Source of the DNA: Gammaproteobacteria bacterium | Lineage (GTDB): Bacteria > Pseudomonadota > Gammaproteobacteria > Eutrophobiales > Eutrophobiaceae | Direction of reading: 5' to 3' | Assembly (NCBI GenBank): GCA_965222155.1 | Contig: CBDCTH010000008.1 | Coordinates: 1-30,550 of the forward strand | DNA: 30,550 nucleotides | Part shown: positions 16,161 through 26,469 of the stretch, one piece after another | How the letters are laid out: the number at the start of each line of letters is the position of its first letter | Numbering within the stretch: position 1 is the stretch's first letter | Translations under genes and position numbers: made by a program | Notes under the pieces: generated by a model | Databases searched by the model: none | The model's input: the letters and a program-made list of their open reading frames with translations, nothing else | What the model was told of the DNA's origin: nothing

Positions 16161-19100
16161 TCATCTGCGCTCATCTGCAAAATCTGCGGAGCTACGTAAC
16201 CAATCTCTGAACTGGAGCGTGAGTGACAGCAGCGTCGGCATGAAGGTCAGCGTGATCAGCGTTGAGAACAGCAGGCCGAACATCACGATTGCCCCCAGAC
16301 CACGGTATAACTCCGTGCCCGCCCCCGGATTGAACACCAGGGGCGACAGGCCGAATATGGTAGTGATAGTGGAAATCATAATCGGCCTGATGCGGGCGCG
16401 GGTGCTCTCCAACACTGCGTCAATCGATTGCATTTCCCTGGTCTTGATGTTGCGGATAGTACGATCGATGATGAGGATGGGATTATTCACCACCGTACCA
16501 ATCAGGATCAGGAAGCCCAGCATGGTGATGACGTCAAAGGGCTGGTGTATATTTGCCAGTCCCAGCAGTGACATGTTCCCGCCTATCGCGTTCAGCAGCC
16601 ATAGCCCGAACAGCCCCCCGCCTATACCGACGGGGACGGTAGTCATCACCAGCAGCGGATATCCCCAATGCGAGAAGATGGCAACCAGCAACAAATAAGC
16701 AATGAACACCGCAATGATAAAGTTTCCCATCAAGGCATTCCGGGTCGCCTCAAGCTGATCGCTGGCTCCGGTGATGCCCATGCTGATGTCATCCCCTATT
16801 TCCCCCGCTTCCCTTAATTCCTCGATAATGTTCTGACGAACCATATCAACACCTTGCTCCAGCGGAATAGTGCGCGGCGGAATAATACCCAGAGTAATGG
16901 TCCTTTCACCGTCCACCCGGCGAATGGTCTCGGTGTTTACGGTGTGCCGGACCTCGGCCACCGCGTTCAGCGGCACCATGCCGCCCTGAGGTGAATACAA
17001 CATGATGTCGTCCACGTCGCTCGGTTGCCGGATGGTGCCGTGAGTGGAATACAGGAACATGTCGATCTTCTCATCACCCAGGAAGAACTCATCTACAAAC
17101 GCGCCGTCCGAGAAGGCCCAGATTGTGTAACCCAGGTCACCAGCATCAATACCCAGTTCGCTGGCCCGTTCCCAGTCAGGGCGAATTTCCACCAGGGGTT
17201 GCCCCATGGACAGGCTTGAGGGCTGCGGGCGGATTTGCGGATTCTCAAACACGGATTGGGCTTTGACAAAGGCCTTCTGACCGGCGTCAAACAGGGCTAC
17301 CAGGTCGGTACCGCTCAACTCCAGGTTGATACTCCTGGAACCGCCCATGTTGCTGGAAAAAATAGACCCCCGGGAAGCAAACGCATGAATCCCCGGTATC
17401 TCCCGAATCTTCTCCACCACAATCTCAAGCAGGTCGTTGACTTGCCCCGGTGAGGTAGCCTCCGGAATAACCATGTTGCGTGCGGCACCGATATATCCGA
17501 CCACGTAATTCAGGCCCGGCAGGTCGGATTCGCCCCTGGCGTATCTGTCCGGGTCTTCACCGATATGCGGCACGAGGAACCCATCCAGGTCCTTGTAGAT
17601 TGCATGCATCTCATCAATGTTATAACCGGGCGGAGCAAACATCTGGATGAATATCTTCTGTTCTTCCCCTTCCGGCAGGTATTCCGCCTTGGGGATGGAG
17701 GCAAAGATAAGTAGCGTAATAGCGCCCACCACAGCCACCAGGCCCAACCGGCGCGACACTCCCCCCATCAACCAATGCACGAAGCGGATAAGCAACTCAC
17801 CGAACCGCTGTCCGGCAATATACAGGCCAAAACGACCGGACGGATTATACCGTTCCAGTGTGAGAAACCGGCTGCACAGGGTCGGTACCACCAGGGTGGA
17901 GACCAGCAGGGACATGATGATGGAGGCGGAGATGGCGACGGCAATATCGGAATATAACTGGCCGGCCTCCTCCTTGATGAAGATGATTGGTATAAATACA
18001 AACACCGTCGTCAGGGTAGACGCCAGCAGGGCCGGCCACACCTCCGCGACACCGTCCAGCGCGGCGCGTCGGCGTTGCTTGCCTGTCGACATGTGTCGGT
18101 AGATGTTCTCCAGGACGACAATACTGTTATCCAGGGTCATACCGATGGCAAACGCGACGCCGGCAAGCGAGATCACATTGATGGTTCGTCCGCTGATAAG
18201 CAACCCCAGGAACGCGGCCAGCGTGCAGATGGGGATGCCCATGGCGCCGATGAAGGTGGCCGATGGGGTTCTCAGGAAAAGAAACAAGACCATGATGACC
18301 AATAAAGCGCCGATAAGCAGGTTTTTACGCACGTTCAGTACGGAATCAGAGACATATCTCACGTCATCGGAGTTGAGTATCATGTGCAACCCCTGCTGTT
18401 TCAACAGGCCGTTGTTCAGTTTCTCCACCTTTTTCATGACGTTGTCCTTCACTTCGACCACGTTGGAACCGATTTGCCGGCGTACTCCGAGGCTGATGTT
18501 CGGAATACCTCGCCCATAGGAGTAGGACTCGATTTCAAAGGTGGACAGTTCAGCGTAACCCAGGTCGCGCAAGCGGACAAACGCGCCGCCACGCTGGGTG
18601 ATAACCATATTTTCTATCTCTGCCGTGGTTTCAAAACGCCCTACCGTCCTGATCAGGTAACGGCGTTTACCGCTGTCCAGGTCACCGCCGGATACGTCCC
18701 GGTTACGCGCGCGGATAGCACTGCGTAACTCAGACAGCGTAATCTGACGTTCGGCCAGCTTGACCGGGTCCACGTAGATCTTGATCTGTCGCTCCGCTCC
18801 TCCCCACATGATCACCTCCGAGACGCCCGGGACCCGTTCAATCTGTACACGTACATGGTCTTCGAGAAAATCACGCTTATCCACCATGTTGACGTTCTGT
18901 GGATTGCCCGGCAGGGGCCGGGTGAGAAAAAACAGAAACGGGTTATTGGAGACGGTACTGGTGACAAGCCGCGGTTCATCGACGTTTTCCGGGTAGCCCG
19001 GAACCTGGGTCAACGCGTTGTTCACCCGGATCAGGACTTCGTTGATATCGGCTCCATAGGTAAATTCCAGTTCAATATCCCCGCGTCCGGTGACGGCCCT

Positions 19101-19340
19101 GGAAATCATGCGCTCCAGGCCGGGGATGCGACGCAGGTATTCCTCCTGCTCGATGATAATCTCCTTTTCCACGTCCTGGGGTGTCGCTCCCGGCCATTTC
19201 GTAATAACGGTGACTACTCTGACATCAAGATCTGGGATCATCTGGATGGGCACGCGATAAATGGCCAGGATACCGAACAGGCAGATGATCAATACCGCTA
19301 CCGCGATAATCAGGGGTTTCTCGAGAGCAAACCTAAACAT
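16161..19340 (-). CDS. RND efflux permease (AcrB/AcrD/AcrF family)
   Basis: 1059 aa; WPGATPQDVEKEI, INVISLAGVAFAIGMTLDNSIVVLENI, GFLILIGTVVNNPIL, RIRPIMISTITT. Confidence 0.95.
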   Translation of the reverse strand: MFRFALEKPLIIAVAVLIICLFGILAIYRVPIQMIPDLDVRVVTVITKWPGATPQDVEKEIIIEQEEYLRRIPGLERMISRAVTGRGDIELEFTYGADINEVLIRVNNALTQVPGYPENVDEPRLVTSTVSNNPFLFFLTRPLPGNPQNVNMVDKRDFLEDHVRVQIERVPGVSEVIMWGGAERQIKIYVDPVKLAERQITLSELRSAIRARNRDVSGGDLDSGKRRYLIRTVGRFETTAEIENMVITQRGGAFVRLRDLGYAELSTFEIESYSYGRGIPNISLGVRRQIGSNVVEVKDNVMKKVEKLNNGLLKQQGLHMILNSDDVRYVSDSVLNVRKNLLIGALLVIMVLFLFLRTPSATFIGAMGIPICTLAAFLGLLISGRTINVISLAGVAFAIGMTLDNSIVVLENIYRHMSTGKQRRRAALDGVAEVWPALLASTLTTVFVFIPIIFIKEEAGQLYSDIAVAISASIIMSLLVSTLVVPTLCSRFLTLERYNPSGRFGLYIAGQRFGELLIRFVHWLMGGVSRRLGLVAVVGAITLLIFASIPKAEYLPEGEEQKIFIQMFAPPGYNIDEMHAIYKDLDGFLVPHIGEDPDRYARGESDLPGLNYVVGYIGAARNMVIPEATSPGQVNDLLEIVVEKIREIPGIHAFASRGSIFSSNMGGSRSINLELSGTDLVALFDAGQKAFVKAQSVFENPQIRPQPSSLSMGQPLVEIRPDWERASELGIDAGDLGYTIWAFSDGAFVDEFFLGDEKIDMFLYSTHGTIRQPSDVDDIMLYSPQGGMVPLNAVAEVRHTVNTETIRRVDGERTITLGIIPPRTIPLEQGVDMVRQNIIEELREAGEIGDDISMGITGASDQLEATRNALMGNFIIAVFIAYLLLVAIFSHWGYPLLVMTTVPVGIGGGLFGLWLLNAIGGNMSLLGLANIHQPFDVITMLGFLILIGTVVNNPILIIDRTIRNIKTREMQSIDAVLESTRARIRPIMISTITTIFGLSPLVFNPGAGTELYRGLGAIVMFGLLFSTLITLTFMPTLLSLTLQFRDWLRSSADFADERR

Positions 19341-19350
19341 GATATTAAAT

Positions 19351-19518
19351 TTTTATCCGCAGATTACACAGATTACCGCAGATGAATATAAAGTTTCAGC
19401 GTGGACCGTGGTTTCAATCTGAAATTTCCTGTAGACCATGTTTAACAAACTACATTTTTATCTGCGTTCATCCATGCCCCTGTATGTATTAAGCAGGGGT
19501 GCGTAATCTGCGGATAAA
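19351..19518. repeat. Repeat family C inverted pair with nested mini-hairpin
   Basis: TTTATCCGCAGATTA...TAATCTGCGGATAAA; right arm interrupted by CCCCTGTATGTATTAAGCAGGGG. Confidence 0.8.
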
Positions 19519-19528
19519 TTACTCGTAG

Positions 19529-20674
19529 TCACAAGTTCATCCGGAGTTCTTCCTTGATTTCCACCCGTTGACCCGGACGCAGTATTTCATTGCCGCGTAC
19601 CACCACCCGGTCACCTGCCTGTACCTCACCCGCAGTGATTTCAATATTCTCCCGGTAGCTGCGGCCCGTACGGACCTGTACCTGTCTGGCTATTAATCCC
19701 CCCCCTTCCGGTTGTAACACCCAGATGGATTCGCTGCCGTCCGGTTTCCTGACAACGGCATCCTGCGGCACGAGTAGCGACAGTTCGGAAGCGGCGTCAT
19801 TAAGTTGAAATATCACGCGTGCCGACATGCCCGGAGCGAGCAGGCGCTCACTGTTGTCCAGGTCTATTTTCACCGGAAAGGTCCTGGTCGAAACATTGCT
19901 CATGGGGACTTTCATGGTCACCTCGGCAAGGAAGTCCCTGCCCGGATAGGCATCAAAAGTAAGCCTGACCGGGGTGCCCAACTGCAGGTCATTAAAATAA
20001 AACTGGGGAACCGGCACATTCACCCGCAACGACTTGATCTCCACCAGTTCAAACAACGGGGTATCAATACTGACCCATTCTCCTTTTTCGATCATTTTTT
20101 GCGTAATGACGCCGTCGAAAGGTGCTTTTATCACATGACGACTGACAATCTCTTCCCGGCGATCCAGCTCTTTTTTCAGGCGCTCCAATACCGCCGTATC
20201 CATTTCGACCATTGCCAGGGCCGCATCATACCGGGTCGCCGGAATATGCTTCTTCGCAACCAGTTCCGCAACCTCATCCTTTTGTCGCACGGCCTCTTTC
20301 AGTCTTGCCTGGGCCTCTTTTACCTGTGCCCTTGCGGCAGCACTATCAATTCCAGCGAGCACCTTATCCAGTTCCAGCAAGTTGTCACCCTGTTTGACTT
20401 CATCACCTTCATCCACATGAAGTGTTGCAACCAGACCGGCCACCTCAGGTGAAATCCTGGATAAACGTCTGGTGGTCACACTCCCGGTCAATGGCAGCTC
20501 TTCGAAGACCGGGGCTATAACGGTCTTCACAATCTTCACCGGTATAGCCCTTTCTGCCTGTGCATGGGCCAAGCCCGCCGCAAGCAACAACGGAAACAGA
20601 CGAAACCAGGGGCTGCCATACCTTGTAGACAGGGTAGATGTTGCTCCCCCGCGTATGTGTCTTATTTTAGCCAA
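19529..20674 (-). CDS. RND periplasmic adaptor (membrane fusion protein)
   Basis: ISPEVAGLV..LHVDEGDEVKQG, IKAPFDGVI, TRTFPVK, LAPGMSA; signal peptide AHA/QA; start overlaps the rdgB stop (exact start uncertain). Confidence 0.93.
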   Translation of the reverse strand: MAKIRHIRGGATSTLSTRYGSPWFRLFPLLLAAGLAHAQAERAIPVKIVKTVIAPVFEELPLTGSVTTRRLSRISPEVAGLVATLHVDEGDEVKQGDNLLELDKVLAGIDSAAARAQVKEAQARLKEAVRQKDEVAELVAKKHIPATRYDAALAMVEMDTAVLERLKKELDRREEIVSRHVIKAPFDGVITQKMIEKGEWVSIDTPLFELVEIKSLRVNVPVPQFYFNDLQLGTPVRLTFDAYPGRDFLAEVTMKVPMSNVSTRTFPVKIDLDNSERLLAPGMSARVIFQLNDAASELSLLVPQDAVVRKPDGSESIWVLQPEGGGLIARQVQVRTGRSYRENIEITAGEVQAGDRVVVRGNEILRPGQRVEIKEELRMNL

Positions 20675-21278
20675 GCAGCTTCGCCTCTTTCATCATCTCT
20701 ACCAGTTTCCGCAGGGCCTGGCCCCGGTGACTGACACTGTTTTTTACCTGCGTCGGCAATTCCGCCGAGGTACAGGCATGGGTGGGCACATAAAATACCG
20801 GATCATACCCAAAACCATTTCCCCCGGCAGGTTCAGCAACAATATGCCCCTCCCAATTCCCGTGCGCGATGATCGGTTCCGGGTCATCACCCTCACGCAC
20901 AAACGCCATAATACACTGGAACCTTGCAACCGGATTCCGTATGCCCGCAGCAGCAATGTTATTCAGCAGTAATTGCAAGTTATCACTGTCCGAGGCATCT
21001 TCACCTGCATAGCGTGATGAGTAAACCCCCGGCTCACCGTTCAATATATCCACCTCCAGACCGGAATCATCAGCTATCACCGAGCGCCCGGCAGCCGTCG
21101 CCGCGTGCCGGGCCTTAATGAGCGCGTTTTCAACGAAACTCGAACCGGTTTCCTCCACAGCGGATACCGAGAACCGGGATTGTGGTAGTACACTGACCTG
21201 GTAAGCGGAAAATAACTGCGACAACTCACGCAGTTTACCCGGATTGCCGCTGGCCACCACAATTTCTCTGTTACTCAT
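20667..21278 (-). CDS. rdgB: dITP/XTP pyrophosphatase
   Basis: [49 protein letters not shown]. Confidence 0.96.
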   Translation of the reverse strand: MSNREIVVASGNPGKLRELSQLFSAYQVSVLPQSRFSVSAVEETGSSFVENALIKARHAATAAGRSVIADDSGLEVDILNGEPGVYSSRYAGEDASDSDNLQLLLNNIAAAGIRNPVARFQCIMAFVREGDDPEPIIAHGNWEGHIVAEPAGGNGFGYDPVFYVPTHACTSAELPTQVKNSVSHRGQALRKLVEMMKEAKLLG

Positions 21279-21997
21279 TGGCCGGCGCCCAGGGTCATCG
21301 ATTGAATGGCAAACAACTGCTCAATACCCGTCTTTGCCAGGTTAAGTAACTGCTCCAACTCTGCAAAAGTGAACGGATGGCCCTCCGCAGTGCCCTGGAT
21401 TTCAATCAATTCACCCCGGTCATTCATCACCACGTTCATGTCTGTCTCGGCGCCGGAGTCCTCGGCATAATCCAGGTCCAGTACCGGGACGCCGGTGCAG
21501 ATACCGACCGAAACGGATGCGACCGCGCCAATGATCGGATTTGTCTGGATGGCCCCCTCTTCCAGTACCCTGTGAATGGCGTCCACCAGCGCCACGTAAG
21601 CACCGGTAATCGAGGCAGTGCGAGTGCCGCCATCGGCCTGAATAACGTCACAATCGACGATAATGGTATTCTCACCCAGGGCATTTAAATCCACTACGGC
21701 CCGCAGGGAGCGCCCGATCAACCTCTGGATCTCATGAGTACGCCCGCTTTGTTTGTTCTGGCCGGCCTCACGACGCATACGTTTATCCGTGGATCGGGGC
21801 AACATACCATACTCAGCGGTCACCCAGCCTTTACCCCCACCCTTCAAAAAACGCGGTACCGAATCATCAAAAGTGGCATTGCAAATAACCCGGGTCTGGC
21901 CGAATTCAACCAGCACCGATCCCTCAGCATGATGCGTGTATGCCCTGGTCAGTCTTACTTCCCTCATTTCATCGCGGGCGCGTCCACTCGGGCGCAT
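21275..21997 (-). CDS. rph: Ribonuclease PH
   Basis: [52 protein letters not shown]; 4-nt overlap with rdgB. Confidence 0.97.
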   Translation of the reverse strand: MRPSGRARDEMREVRLTRAYTHHAEGSVLVEFGQTRVICNATFDDSVPRFLKGGGKGWVTAEYGMLPRSTDKRMRREAGQNKQSGRTHEIQRLIGRSLRAVVDLNALGENTIIVDCDVIQADGGTRTASITGAYVALVDAIHRVLEEGAIQTNPIIGAVASVSVGICTGVPVLDLDYAEDSGAETDMNVVMNDRGELIEIQGTAEGHPFTFAELEQLLNLAKTGIEQLFAIQSMTLGAGQ

Positions 21998-22400
21998 GGC
22001 TATTCTCCTCATAGATAGGCGGATGGCCTGAAAATACAGGCTGTTGTCATTATAACCGGTCAGCCACTAGAACAGAAAAACAGAGACCAAGCTCTCTTTC
22101 AGCCCCATCGGCAGAAGCTACAAAATCTTTTGATGGAATAGGCTTGGACACTACGATTGACTATTATAAGCAACTCGCTCAGACTTCTTGATGTGCCTTA
22201 AATCTTTTTATAATAATCGGGTGGAATAGCACATTTAGCTTGGACAAGGTATAGAAGCACCCCATGATGAGAAGTTTAACTATCTAGCTGCTGGACTGGC
22301 TTGATTACTTTACACGGGGGGGCTGGTGAATAAAGAGAACTTCTTTCGGCAAGAAAGATTAGCGCAATATCATGAAGTTGCGGGTGGTGGAGATAAGTAA

Positions 22401-25085
22401 ATGAACGAGCAAAAATCACCTATATACCAGGGGGCCCGATTTTACAAATGTGCCTTACAAGTAAATCCTTATAGCTATAATCAATACGGGGGGGAACAAG
22501 CTCATGATGAGACAAGCTACAACCAGAAAGTCTTGCAGCAGTGCCATGATAACGAGATAGAAGTCGTAGGGCTTGCCGATCATGGCAGAGTTGAGGATTC
22601 AGAAGGGTTACGGAATTTTCTGACAACAAATGGAATCGTCGTATTTCCAGGCTTCGAGATTGCCAGCTCTGAAAAAATTCACATGGTATGTCTCTATCCT
22701 GAGAATAACTCCTTGGCAACACTAAATCAGCATCTTGGACAGTTGATGGGAGGAAATAGCGCCCAACTTGGTCAAGAGCCAACCCATCCATCCTCATTAA
22801 GTTGCGAGCAAATCGCAGGCAAAGTGATAAATGATCAAGAAGGTTTTTGGTACGCTGCACATATGACCGGAAAAAATGGCCTGCTAAAGCTGGATGGCAG
22901 TGGAGGAAACTATGTTCAACTATGGAAAAAAGAGGCGTTAGTCATGGCCGGGCAGATTCCCGGCAGGATAGAAGATTTGCAGATAGAGCAAACGGAATTA
23001 GGAAAATACCGGCAAATTATCGAAAATAAAAATCCACATTATCAACGAGAAAAACCAATTGCGATTATTAATGCAAAAGATATCAAGGAACCAGATGATC
23101 TAAAACACAAATCTGCCTCCTGTCTAATCAAAATGACAGATGCCAATTTTGAAGCATTTATACAAGCTTTTTTAGACCCTGAATCCAGAATTCGTCTCAA
23201 TCATGATATGCCGGAACAGCCTTATTCCATAATTAAATCCATTCAATGGCGCGGCGCCGGTTTTTTCAGGGAAAATAATCTGACTTTCTCCCAGAATTTG
23301 AATGTGATGATCGGCGGTCGAGGCTCCGGAAAATCCACCTTGATTGAGAGCATCAGATTCGTTTTAGATGCGCCAATTCGAGGAGATGATGGGAAAGATA
23401 GTTTACGTAAAACCACATTGCAAGATTCTCAAGTTATTTTGCAAGTACGCTCAAAAACCCAAAATGGAAACACCTATAGCATCAGTAGGCGATATGGCGA
23501 GCAACCGGTGGTGAAAAATGATCAGGACGAGATATCGTATCTACGACCTGATGAAATCTTACCAAATATTGAAATACTGGGACAGAATGAAATACTTGAA
23601 ATAGAGAAAGATGAAAAGGCCAAGCTTGCTCTAACAAGCCGCTTTCTATCCGATGGCAAGCAATTTGAACAACATATGGTTGAAACTAAAAACAAACTGA
23701 AAAAAAATCGGGAACGGCTTCTGGACGCTTCTGCCGAATATGAAGCCCTCGATGTAGAAGTCGCAAAAGAATCAAAACTTAAAGAACAGGTCAGTCAATT
23801 CAGGAAACTCGGGATAGAAGCAAAACTAAAAAATGCACGATTAATCGAACGTGAAAGGGGTATTCAAAAAAATATTGAGGAACAACTGGAGATCGTTGAC
23901 AACTGGCTAAAAAGCTATCATGAGGTTTTCGATCTTTCATTCCTCCAACACGAGAACACAAAAACTCTACCCAATGGGGATATCATTGAAGCAGCGGGAA
24001 AAATTCTTGAGAGTCTGAAAAATAATATTGATGAATTGGTTCGACAGACAAATGAACCTGTAGAAAAAGCCAAGTCAGAATACCAGAGTGTGCGATTGGA
24101 GTGGGACAAAGGACGAAGTAGAGTTCGTGATGAATTAAACAATGCTATTGCTCAGCTACCGGAACAAGCTGGAAAAAGCGGTAGCCAATTAGGTTCAGAG
24201 TACACGACCATCATTGTACAACTGACAAAAATTGAAGGATTCAAAAAGGCCCATGAGAATCAGGGGAAAATAGTTCGCACACTCAGAACAGAGCGTGACA
24301 ATTTACTGGAAAACTATCGAAGTCTGGCATTTTCCCGATACTCTGCCATGGAAAAATCTACTAAAAAAGCTAACAAGCAGCTTGAGGGAAAAGTAAGAAT
24401 TGCTATAAAGCGGAAAGGTAATCTTGAACATCTGAAAGATTTTTTACTCAGTCTAGATGGAATTGGTAAAGCTAAAATTGAGTGGCTGGATCAAACGCAA
24501 GACAATCTGGACCCAACTCAATGGGCCAAGTGGGTTGAAGAAAGTAATCCAAATGCTTTTCTGGAAGCATTCTCACCAGTTGGATTAACTAAAGGTGTTG
24601 CGGAAAGATTATGTAAACTTGATATTAAACAACGTTTACAATTAGAAGAGATTGAACTGATGGATACCGTGGAAATTGAACTAAACGCCGCACATGATGA
24701 TGCAGAGGAGCATTTTGTGCCATTAAATTTGCTTTCCATTGGACAAAAGTGTACCGCAATTTTGAACTTATTATTGTTGAGTCGGGATGATCCATTGATC
24801 ATTGACCAGCCTGAAGATAATTTGGATAACGCCTTTATCGCAAACCGTATAGTGAAAGATTTGAGGCAGTTCAAGACGAACAGGCAATTCCTGTTTGCCA
24901 CCCACAATCCCAATATTCCGGTATTTGGCGACGCTGAGTTGATTGCAGTACTTGAAAGTAGCAAAGATTTCGGTCGTATTGGCGAAGGTTCCATCGATAA
25001 AAAACCAGTACGAGAAAAGGCCGCTGAGATACTTGAGGGCGGTAAAGCTGCATTTGAAATGCGCAAAAGAAAATACGGATTTTAG
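22401..25085 (+). CDS. PHP domain + ABC/SMC-like ATPase fusion (Ppl / TrlF-like), putative anti-phage protein
   Basis: 894 aa. PHP-like N-terminus (LADH, FPGFEI....IH, YAAH), Walker A GGRGSGKST, Q-loop GQNE, long coiled coil, signature LSIGQK, Walker B/D-loop IIDQPEDNLD, H-loop ATHN, C-terminal ILEGGKAAF..R..KY. Confidence 0.88.
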   Translation: MNEQKSPIYQGARFYKCALQVNPYSYNQYGGEQAHDETSYNQKVLQQCHDNEIEVVGLADHGRVEDSEGLRNFLTTNGIVVFPGFEIASSEKIHMVCLYPENNSLATLNQHLGQLMGGNSAQLGQEPTHPSSLSCEQIAGKVINDQEGFWYAAHMTGKNGLLKLDGSGGNYVQLWKKEALVMAGQIPGRIEDLQIEQTELGKYRQIIENKNPHYQREKPIAIINAKDIKEPDDLKHKSASCLIKMTDANFEAFIQAFLDPESRIRLNHDMPEQPYSIIKSIQWRGAGFFRENNLTFSQNLNVMIGGRGSGKSTLIESIRFVLDAPIRGDDGKDSLRKTTLQDSQVILQVRSKTQNGNTYSISRRYGEQPVVKNDQDEISYLRPDEILPNIEILGQNEILEIEKDEKAKLALTSRFLSDGKQFEQHMVETKNKLKKNRERLLDASAEYEALDVEVAKESKLKEQVSQFRKLGIEAKLKNARLIERERGIQKNIEEQLEIVDNWLKSYHEVFDLSFLQHENTKTLPNGDIIEAAGKILESLKNNIDELVRQTNEPVEKAKSEYQSVRLEWDKGRSRVRDELNNAIAQLPEQAGKSGSQLGSEYTTIIVQLTKIEGFKKAHENQGKIVRTLRTERDNLLENYRSLAFSRYSAMEKSTKKANKQLEGKVRIAIKRKGNLEHLKDFLLSLDGIGKAKIEWLDQTQDNLDPTQWAKWVEESNPNAFLEAFSPVGLTKGVAERLCKLDIKQRLQLEEIELMDTVEIELNAAHDDAEEHFVPLNLLSIGQKCTAILNLLLLSRDDPLIIDQPEDNLDNAFIANRIVKDLRQFKTNRQFLFATHNPNIPVFGDAELIAVLESSKDFGRIGEGSIDKKPVREKAAEILEGGKAAFEMRKRKYGF

Positions 25086-25101
25086 GTTAAGAGATTGACC
25101 A

Positions 25102-26331
25102 ATGCTACCAAGTGAATTACTCGCCCTAATCAGCCAGGATGAAGGCGCAAAGCTGGATTTCAAACGAGATGGTATGCGTCCTGAAAAGATGGCAAAGGAA
25201 ATTGTCGCCTTTGCCAATATGAATGGCGGCATCATATTGGTTGGCGTAGACGAGAATGATAAAAATATCAGCGGGGTTCAGAGAAAAAATTTTCAGGAAT
25301 GGTTAATGGACACGGTGATTGGCAGGCATGTCCATCCATTTATATTACCGGATTATGAAGAAATAACTACTGATGAAGGGAGGGTGGCTGTTGTTGAAAT
25401 CCCCCAGGGCAATAGTAAACCCTATATTCTTCGACACAATAACCGTGAAGATGTTTATGTGCGATATGGCGACACCTGTCAGTTGGCAACACGCGAACAG
25501 AGTGCCCGATTGTTCGAAAGCGGTGGTTTGATTTCAATTGAAAAGATGCCGGTTCATGGTAGCAGGCTACAAGACCTGGATAAAAGGCGTCTGCAAAACT
25601 ATTTTGTTGAAATCAGTCAAATAATAGACCTTGGTGAATGGCAAAGTTTCAGTAATGGAGATATTACTGAATGGTTGATCAACCGTGATCTCATGTGTGA
25701 TGTGGATGACGACTGTGTTTGTACAATTGGGGGACTGGCATTATTTGGTATAAAACCCAATTTAAGACTGTCTCAATCAGCAATTCGACTCACGGTGTTT
25801 CCTGGTCTTGACAAGGATTACAACACTGATCTGGACATTGTAATCAGTTCACCTTTTGTGGCTCTGGGCCGGCCTGACGATACCTATTATGAGCCACCTG
25901 TTACTGAGCGTGTTTTATCTGCTTTACAACCTCATATCAGTAAAGAGAAGTTGGACAGGACGACGAGAAGAATATATTGGGACTATCCGGAAGACGTCAT
26001 ACGTGAGGTGATAGTCAATGCTTTTGCCCATCGGGATTGGACCAGAAACACGGATATCGAAATCAGTGCTTACACTGATCGTATGGAAATAATAAGCCCT
26101 GGCGCATTGGTCAATGGTATGACAGTAGATAAATTAAAAGCGGGACAACGCACTCCTAGAAATAATAATATCTTTAGTGTCCTTCGTGATTGTGGCCTGA
26201 TGGAACACCAAGGCATGGGTATTCGTCGCAAAGTCATTCCATTGATGAAAAAATATAACGACACAGAGCCTGTTTTTGAAGCAACTGAAGACTATTTCAA
26301 AGTGACGTTATTGAAAAAATTACCAAACTGA
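25102..26331 (+). CDS. Schlafen/AlbA_2 domain + HATPase_c_4 (RecG C-terminal-like) protein
   Basis: EGAKLDFK, EIVAFANMNGGIILVGVDE, YVRYG; C-terminal IREVIVNAFAHRDW, DRMEIISPG, RN..I, MEHQGMGI; no trailing HTH; 16 nt after the ATPase stop. Confidence 0.88.
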   Translation: MLPSELLALISQDEGAKLDFKRDGMRPEKMAKEIVAFANMNGGIILVGVDENDKNISGVQRKNFQEWLMDTVIGRHVHPFILPDYEEITTDEGRVAVVEIPQGNSKPYILRHNNREDVYVRYGDTCQLATREQSARLFESGGLISIEKMPVHGSRLQDLDKRRLQNYFVEISQIIDLGEWQSFSNGDITEWLINRDLMCDVDDDCVCTIGGLALFGIKPNLRLSQSAIRLTVFPGLDKDYNTDLDIVISSPFVALGRPDDTYYEPPVTERVLSALQPHISKEKLDRTTRRIYWDYPEDVIREVIVNAFAHRDWTRNTDIEISAYTDRMEIISPGALVNGMTVDKLKAGQRTPRNNNIFSVLRDCGLMEHQGMGIRRKVIPLMKKYNDTEPVFEATEDYFKVTLLKKLPN

Positions 26332-26469
26332 CCGTCATTAGTCCAGACTTGGATATACGACTCCGAATTACACCAAATTTAAGTATATAATTAACCGAAT
26401 AATATACGGTTAGATAAACTTTCATCGAGGTTGCTTTAATTCAGGGATAACAACTGATGGAGAATTAGA

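Noticed and set aside
15795-16164. Longer hemW start (15884) and the 108-aa ORF 15838-16164
   Set aside because: Both are translations of REP/MITE sequence; similar peptides recur at the other MITE copies.
26392-26412. Palindrome TAACCG-N9-CGGTTA as island att site or operator
   Set aside because: Only 6-bp arms, and no full counterpart at the left island edge.
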